Shown piece after piece: positions 58,901-64,000 of a stretch of DNA of 64,000 bases. Below the pieces are notes generated by a model. The model saw nothing but the letters and a program-made list of their open reading frames with translations, did no database searches and had not been told where the DNA came from. Source of the DNA: Octopus bimaculoides. Lineage: Eukaryota. A program made the position numbers and the translations under genes. The stretch lies in NCBI RefSeq assembly GCF_001194135.2, contig NC_069003.1, forward strand, positions 34,310,228 to 34,374,227. Reading direction: 5' to 3'. How positions within the stretch are numbered: the stretch's first letter is position 1; each line of letters opens with the position of its first letter.

Positions 58901-60708
58901 CCAGGTAGTGACCTGAATAATAATAATAATAATAATAATAACAACAACATTGAAAAATACCTTAGGAATGAGAATCCAGGTTTGAAATTTCCCCAAGACA
59001 CCTGATAAAGGCTGGAGGGTAAAATATAAATGTTGCTGTTAAGAACGCGGGCTAGGAATCCCAAGATTCCGAGTTCGATTCCAAACAGTGACCTGAACAC
59101 TAATAATAATAATAATAATAATAACAGTGAAAAATACCTTAGGAATGAGAACCGAGGTTTGAAATATCCCCAAGACACCTGATGAAGGCTGGAGGGTATA
59201 TCAGCCGAAACATTGTGTTAACAACAAACAAGATGAGGACAAATATCCGTCAAATGTAAATAATGTAAATAATGTTTCTAAATATATTCTCATAGACTGA
59301 GGTGTCTGCTTTCTTTTCATTAGTACCCAGAGTGCCGCGTACATTCATCATAAGGTGCCTAATACTACCGATAACACTGCTACTGCCACGAGTACCTCTT
59401 TGACAGCTGAAAAACTACATTGCCAACAACTACAGCGAAAGCTCGCTCAGTGTGGTCTCAGTTCTTTGGGTTCAGGAGATTCCGGTTCATCAATGAGTGC
59501 CGCCAGGAACATCGACATCGCAAACGAGAAAACTGCTCCACCCGCCTCTTCTCCCAATCACCTGGGCTCCGTGAAACATTACACACCTGGATGGTTTTCT
59601 TCACCTGCACATTCAGCGCATATATCATCTCCTGCAACTCTAACGCATTCTCTGTAAGTGCACCGTGACACGTCGTTGCTATCATCATCATCATCATCAT
59701 CATCATCACNNNNNNNNNNNNNNNNNNNNNNNNNNNNNNNNNNNNNNNNNNNNNNNNNNNNNNNNNNNNNNNNNNNNNNNNNNNNNNNNNNNNNNNNNNN
59801 NNNNNNNNNNNNNNNNNNNNNNNNNNNNNNNNNNNNNNNNNNNNNNNNNNNNNNNNNNNNNNNNNNNNNNNNNNNNNNNNNNNNNNNNNNNNNNNNNNNN
59901 NNNNNNNNNNNNNNNNNNNNNNNNNNNNNNNNNNNNNNNNNNNNNNNNNNNNNNNNNNNNNNNNNNNNNNNNNNNNNNNNNNNNNNNNNNNNNNNNNNNN
60001 NNNNNNNNNNNNNNNNNNNNNNNNNNNNNNNNNNNNNNNNNNNNNNNNNNNNNNNNNNNNNNNNNNNNNNNNNNNNNNNNNNNNNNNNNNNNNNNNNNNN
60101 NNNNNNNNNNNNNNNNNNNNNNNNNNNNNNNNNNNNNNNNNNNNNNNNNNNNNNNNNNNNNNNNNNNNNNNNNNNNNNNNNNNNNNNNNNNNNNNNNNNN
60201 NNNNNNNNNNNNNNNNNNNNNNNNNNNNNNNNNNNNNNNNNNNNNNNNNNNNNNNNNNNNNNNNNNNNNNNNNNNNNNNNNNNNNNNNNNNNNNNNNNNN
60301 NNNNNNNNNNNNNNNNNNNNNNNNNNNNNNNNNNNNNNNNNNNNNNNNNNNNNNNNNNNNNNNNNNNNNNNNNNNNNNNNNNNNNNNNNNNNNNNNNNNN
60401 CCACCACCACCACCACCACCACCATCACCACCACATACAAAGACTGGATACAGATGATAATGATGATCTCTGTATTCCTTTTTATTAATCAATTAATTAA
60501 TTAATTAATTTATTTATTTTCTCTTTGGTTTGATTTCAGATCTGAAGAGAACGTCCCCTCTCGGTCCAGCCGGTTGGCCTGTGTCCGAAATATGTTCTTC
60601 CATGCCTACAGCATCGCAGAGTCTTCCAGTGCGGCCAACCCCTCCTCCATGTTAGATTCACTCACCGAGGGCTTCAGGTGGGGTTCTGTAAAATCTGACG
60701 ACATGTGA
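43328..60708 (+). CDS. MTMR14: Myotubularin-related protein 14 (Jumpy/EDTP) phosphoinositide 3-phosphatase, 18 coding exons, ~668 aa
   Basis: Exons 43328-43432, 48357-48413, 48943-49061, 49506-49614, 50483-50555, 50963-51026, 51221-51337, 51771-51844, 52541-52611, 53721-53795, 54365-54428, 54621-54783, 55141-55177, 56057-56121, 56957-57156, 58496-58610, 59324-59653, 60540-60708 (2007 nt). Motifs: VIPNLNGELCCHYP, ARCRGRFVVPVILFEGK, ICDLMVEKKKVK, SSEKVDK, LPYPGCEFFK, catalytic HCISGWDRTPL, AYDWYLFGH. An extra exon in gap 59710-60400 cannot be excluded. Confidence 0.93.
45015..45476 (-). mobile_element. Mariner (Mos1/SETMAR-like) transposon 5' remnant: TIR plus pseudogenised N-terminal HTH region
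   Basis: Minus strand from ATG 45289: MEV*KEHIQHILLYEFIKGNNATES...CQRWFQKFQAGNYSLENESRPGR, then a frameshifted LGHSTIH. TIR ttgggtcatcccataaataatgcggtttttt near 45445-45475. Confidence 0.85.
46495..46675 (+). mobile_element. tRNA-derived SINE family A copy
   Basis: ggcgacaagctggcagaatcggtagcac...ctgagttcaaattccgctgaggtcgactttgc...ggggttgatgtaatcgact. Confidence 0.75.
49246..49307. repeat. Perfect 31-bp tandem duplication inside a SINE remnant
   Basis: cccctcctgttgctaaccttcatttgattta twice (49246-49276, 49277-49307). Confidence 0.85.
50045..50196. repeat. 40-bp minisatellite (gtgtgttttagagggagagggaaggattgtgtgactgtat)n, interrupted by a 10-N gap
   Basis: ttttagaggg recurs at 50051, 50091 and 50157; the array is probably collapsed. 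Confidence 0.85.
50586..50857. repeat. Long fold-back (palindromic MITE-like element)
   Basis: Left arm 50586-50719 and right arm 50748-50857 are reverse-complementary, with one ~25-nt bulge and a 28-nt loop. Confidence 0.85.
56597..56908. mobile_element. hAT (Charlie-type) MITE, 312 bp, with intact 8-bp TSD
   Basis: TIRs CAGTGTTTCTCAACC / GGTTGAGAAACGCTG. Perfect TSD CTTTAGAG at 56589-56596 and 56909-56916. Confidence 0.9.
57480..57640 (+). mobile_element. Possible RTE-type LINE 3' fragment
   Basis: ERGRQRTTCKQELEVETKK resembles the GRPRxTWRRxLEAExK motif after the RT domain of RTE-clade LINEs; short and decayed. Confidence 0.35.
57838..58045 (+). mobile_element. tRNA-derived SINE family A copy
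   Basis: ctggcagaatcattagc...gagttcaaattcc...gtagaaaagattattt. Confidence 0.75.
58778..59275 (+). mobile_element. tRNA-headed SINE-like element with 5' inverted segment, 177-bp partial tandem duplication and hammerhead-like 3' module
   Basis: A box tggcatagtgg 58848-58858 and B box gttcgattcc 58893-58902, then (AAT)n. Segments 58954-59009 and 59131-59186 are the reverse complement of 58778-58834. The tail ends in (aatgtaaat)n. Confidence 0.75.
59174..59219 (+). ncRNA. Minimal type I hammerhead ribozyme-like motif (probably mutated in this copy)
   Basis: GACAC-CTGATGA-A-GGCTG-gagggtatat-CAGCC-GAA-ACAT-T-GTGTT. Stem I GACAC/GTGTT, stem II GGCTG/CAGCC, core CUGAUGA and GAAA. Stem III reads ACAT rather than palindromic ACGT. 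Confidence 0.65.
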
Positions 60709-61219
60709 TGCGGCGGCGGCAGCAGCAGGAGTGTCCGGTGGGGCTGGGATGGTTGGTGGGGGGTGAAGACGAGGAGCAGGGACAAGCATAAGAATTACGG
60801 TACCTCACACACCCCCTACAACTCTCTCACTCCCCTCCACCCACCTAGGCCTGCATCTACATCGCTCTGTAAATAACTATCCACCCACCCACCCAACTAC
60901 CCATTAATTTACATTTCTTTGCATCATCAACAACAACAACAACAGCAGCAACATTAAGCTGTTAGGGGTGGATGCAGTAAATAAATAACAACAGTCAAAT
61001 ACCCGGGTATCAAACATAGTCAACCACATCTTCCTCTACATATCATAGAAATCGTTTTTGTAATTAAGACAGTGGAATGGTAGAAGTGGTAGACTCCTGG
61101 ACTTTATTCCTTTCTAGATTTAGTTACTGCCTCCATCTCAGTTCTGAGTTCATATCCCATCACAGGCAACTTAGCCTTTCTTTCTTTCCTTCTCCTCCTC
61201 CACCCTCATCATCATTTAA

Positions 61220-61421
61220 CCATTTGGCGTTTAAACCAGCCATATTGGGCCCAAATATTCTTACTGTTTTATGTTCAAACTGGCCAGATATGACCTCTCA
61301 CACCTACCCTGCAATGTTATTCTAAAAATCATACAATCACATTATTGAAGTCTCAAAATTGTGCTGTTTTAACTCAAAACGATATGAATTACATTTGACA
61401 GAATAATTTGAATGCTAAAGG
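61220..61421. mobile_element. piggyBac-like MITE, same family, degenerate ends
   Basis: TTAA|CCATTTGGCGTTTAAACCAGCCATATTGGGCCCAAATATTC ... AATGCTAAAGG. Confidence 0.65.
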
Positions 61422-61699
61422 TCCAATATACGTTTTTCATGCTGGCATGGGTTGGCATAAATTTTTGTCTTTCAACAATGATGACAAGCAAATCTCTGAC
61501 TTTTGAACATGTAGACGTTGCTGTTGTTGTTACTACAGTCCTAAACCTGCCCTGCCCCACCCTTACATTGTGGTTATCCTCATACTATTATGGCCCTTTC
61601 TTACCACCATCCATATCCAGAATATAGTGGGGTCACCATCAAATGCCTTCATCTTTGGCCCTCATTGCTTCAAGTAAATTCTGCCTTGACACATCACTC

Positions 61700-62170
61700 T
61701 CTCTATAATCACCCCATTGTCCCACTACATTCATTCTATTCCATCCTAACATTCCTTAATTCCATTGTCCCTTTTCATTCCATTCCATCACCCTCCTCCA
61801 TTCTATTGCATTCATTTCATCTCATCGTCCCTTAACCCTATTGTATCCTTTCATTCCATTCCATCTCCCCCCTTGTCCAACTACATTCATTCCACCTCAT
61901 CTTTTCATCCCTATTCCCACTGTGCCCCCTCTCATTCCATTCCATCACTCCTTGTCCTATTGTGTTCATCTCATCACCCCATTTGTCCTTTGTAACCATC
62001 CCACCACCCATTGTCCTATTGTGTCCGTCCCATCATCCCTTGTCCTATTATCTCCATCCCATCACCCCTTGTCCTGTTGTATCCATTCCATCACCCCCTT
62101 GCCTTATTGTGTCCATCTCATTCTATCTGTCCATCCATTCATTCAGCCCTCTCACATCCTGCTCCCATCA
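61700..62170. repeat. Pyrimidine-rich cattcc/ccatc low-complexity tract in the putative MTMR14 3' UTR
   Basis: Degenerate cattccatt/ccatcac/ttgtccta repeats. Confidence 0.6.
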
Positions 62171-62717
62171 TCTCCCACCCTTAATAAACTGCCCTTGTTT
62201 GCTCATTTATTTATTTACAATATTTTCCCTTACCCAAACAAACTCAAGGTTTTACTCAACCTTTCCAAGACCCCCCCCCCTTCCTTCTGCCCACTGCTAT
62301 AACTTGGGCTGCCACCACCTTTTGGGGGGAACAAGGCTACTATTGCAGGGAGGGTACACTATCTTTTATTTATTATTACTATAACTGGGTTTGTGCCCAG
62401 AAGAACAATCACCCCTGTGGCCCTACCCATGCTACACCACTGCTTGTCCCCCCCTCTGCATAATCAACCATCTTTTTCTCCATTGTGTTCCCTTCTCTTT
62501 CTCTCTCCCCTATATTTATTGTTTGCCTTGGTTTGTCTCCTCGCCCCCACGCCCTGTAATAATAATAATAATAATAATAATAATGATAGTAATGAAAGAG
62601 GAGGAGGAGGCAGAAGAAAAACAAAGAAACAAAAATGTTATATCGATGGAGTCTGGGACCATGGAACCAAGGAACCATTTTTATGTCATCCATAAACATT
62701 GTATTAAATAATGCCTT

Positions 62718-62745
62718 GAATAAAATAAAATTGAAATAAAAAAAA
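62718..62745 (+). terminator. Cluster of AATAAA signals, candidate MTMR14 polyadenylation site
   Basis: gaataaaataaaattgaaataaaa; earlier AATAAA hexamers occur near 60979 and 62183. Confidence 0.35.
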
Positions 62746-62879
62746 AGAAAAAGAAATTATTATTATGAAACTGTTAAATAATGTCTGTTTATTTTTGAAA
62801 TTGGTTTGTGGGTGAGTCGAGTGGGAGGAATAAAAAATGTCCCTGTCATCCACTCCAATATTTACAGTTTTATTTTTTT

Positions 62880-63075
62880 CATCTTTTACTTGTTTCAGTC
62901 ATTGGACTGTGGCCATGCTGGGGCACCGCACTGAAGGGTTTTAGTCAAATGAATTGGCCGTATTACTTATTTTTTTTTTTTAATGTCTTATACTTATTCT
63001 CTCGTTCTCTTTTGCTGCACTGCTAAGTAATGGGGATGTAAACAAACCAACACTGGTTGACAAGCAGTGGTAGGG
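62880..63075 (-). mobile_element. SINE family E (gtttcagtcattggactgtggccatgctgg...gctaagt...aaacaaacc)
   Basis: Related copies at ~44260-44450 and 63950-64000 (runs off the window edge). Confidence 0.65.
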
Positions 63076-63794
63076 AACAAACATGCACACATACACACAC
63101 ACACATTATATATAGGTGCAGGTGTGGCTGTGTGGTAAGAAGCTTGCTTCCCAACCACATGGTTCCAGGATCTATCCTACAGTGTGACACCTTAGGCGAG
63201 TGTTTTCTACTATAGCCTCAGCCTGAGCAGATCTATGATCAAAAACATCCCACATGTTACCATTCTATCTCAGTTTTGAGACACGCCCTCTTTTAATACA
63301 GTACAGTGTGATTTGAGGAAAATCTGGCTGCTATTTCTAGTGGGTTGCCTCGTTGCCAGTTAAACTGTTTTTGCTGTAATAGTCAAGGTTGTATAGACTT
63401 CCTATTAGCTGAAACAAGTGAATGACTGCAGGAGAACACATAAAGGATGTGAGGAGATGTTCTCAGGCTGTAGACAATGGTGTGTATGTGTGGTCATTGT
63501 AATGGGAACGTTAACAATGTTGGTATTGTTAACCTTCTGGCTTTCTGGCTTTGTAAGAAATCGTTCTTTCAAAATCCTGTGTCAGAATTAGATGACTGTA
63601 GTTCTAGGCATTGTGATGATCTTCTTACCACCACCACCACCAGTACCATCAACACCAGCAGCAGCAGCACCACCACCACTCCCGTCACCAGCATTACTAC
63701 AAACACAACCACTACCACAACTAGCAACACAAACCACCACCACCACCACTACTACTGCTGCTACTACTGTGGCCATGAAGGATTTTAATCAATG

Positions 63795-63828
<34 letters not shown>

Positions 63829-64000
63829 TGTTCAAGGTCGTAATTATTGTGTGTTGTGGTGCCAGATATGGCAGAATGGTTGGAGAGTAAAACATAGAAG
63901 GAAAAAAAAACATACTTTATTGTTTTCGCATTTTTCTTTTACTCTTTCACATGTTTCAGTCATTTGACTGTAGCCATGCTGGAGCACTGCCTTTAGTCAG

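Noticed and set aside
58848-58910. Functional tRNA gene
   Set aside because: A and B boxes and an anticodon-like loop are present, but there is no acceptor stem or poly-T terminator, and it runs into (AAT)n and repeat sequence. It is a SINE head.

Overview
AT-rich, intron-dense animal genomic DNA from a draft assembly with nine N-gaps. The SINE/MITE/microsatellite content points to an octopus (coleoid cephalopod); this is inference. Three spliced genes were reconstructed by hand with GT/AG (one GC/AG) boundaries and consistent codon phase. (1) The 3' 34 coding exons (~2500 codons) of HUWE1, a HECT E3 ligase, on + (446-33785). (2) A complete 8-exon TRMU/MnmA mitochondrial tRNA 2-thiouridylase on - (41998-36675, 390 aa). 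(3) A complete 18-exon MTMR14 (Jumpy) phosphoinositide phosphatase on + (43328-60708, ~668 aa), head-to-head with TRMU. Introns hold tRNA-derived SINEs, piggyBac-like and hAT MITEs, a mariner remnant, decayed LINE fragments and long fold-backs. The most unusual structure is a tRNA-headed element in an MTMR14 intron (58778-59275). It has a Penelope-like inverted-plus-tandem layout and carries a minimal type I hammerhead-ribozyme fold (59174-59219). Other leads are a hairpin-masked in-frame alternative donor in MTMR14, a candidate in-frame alternative terminal or poison exon in HUWE1, and long intronic dsRNA hairpins next to exons. Gene identities rest on recalled human protein motifs, not on a database search.
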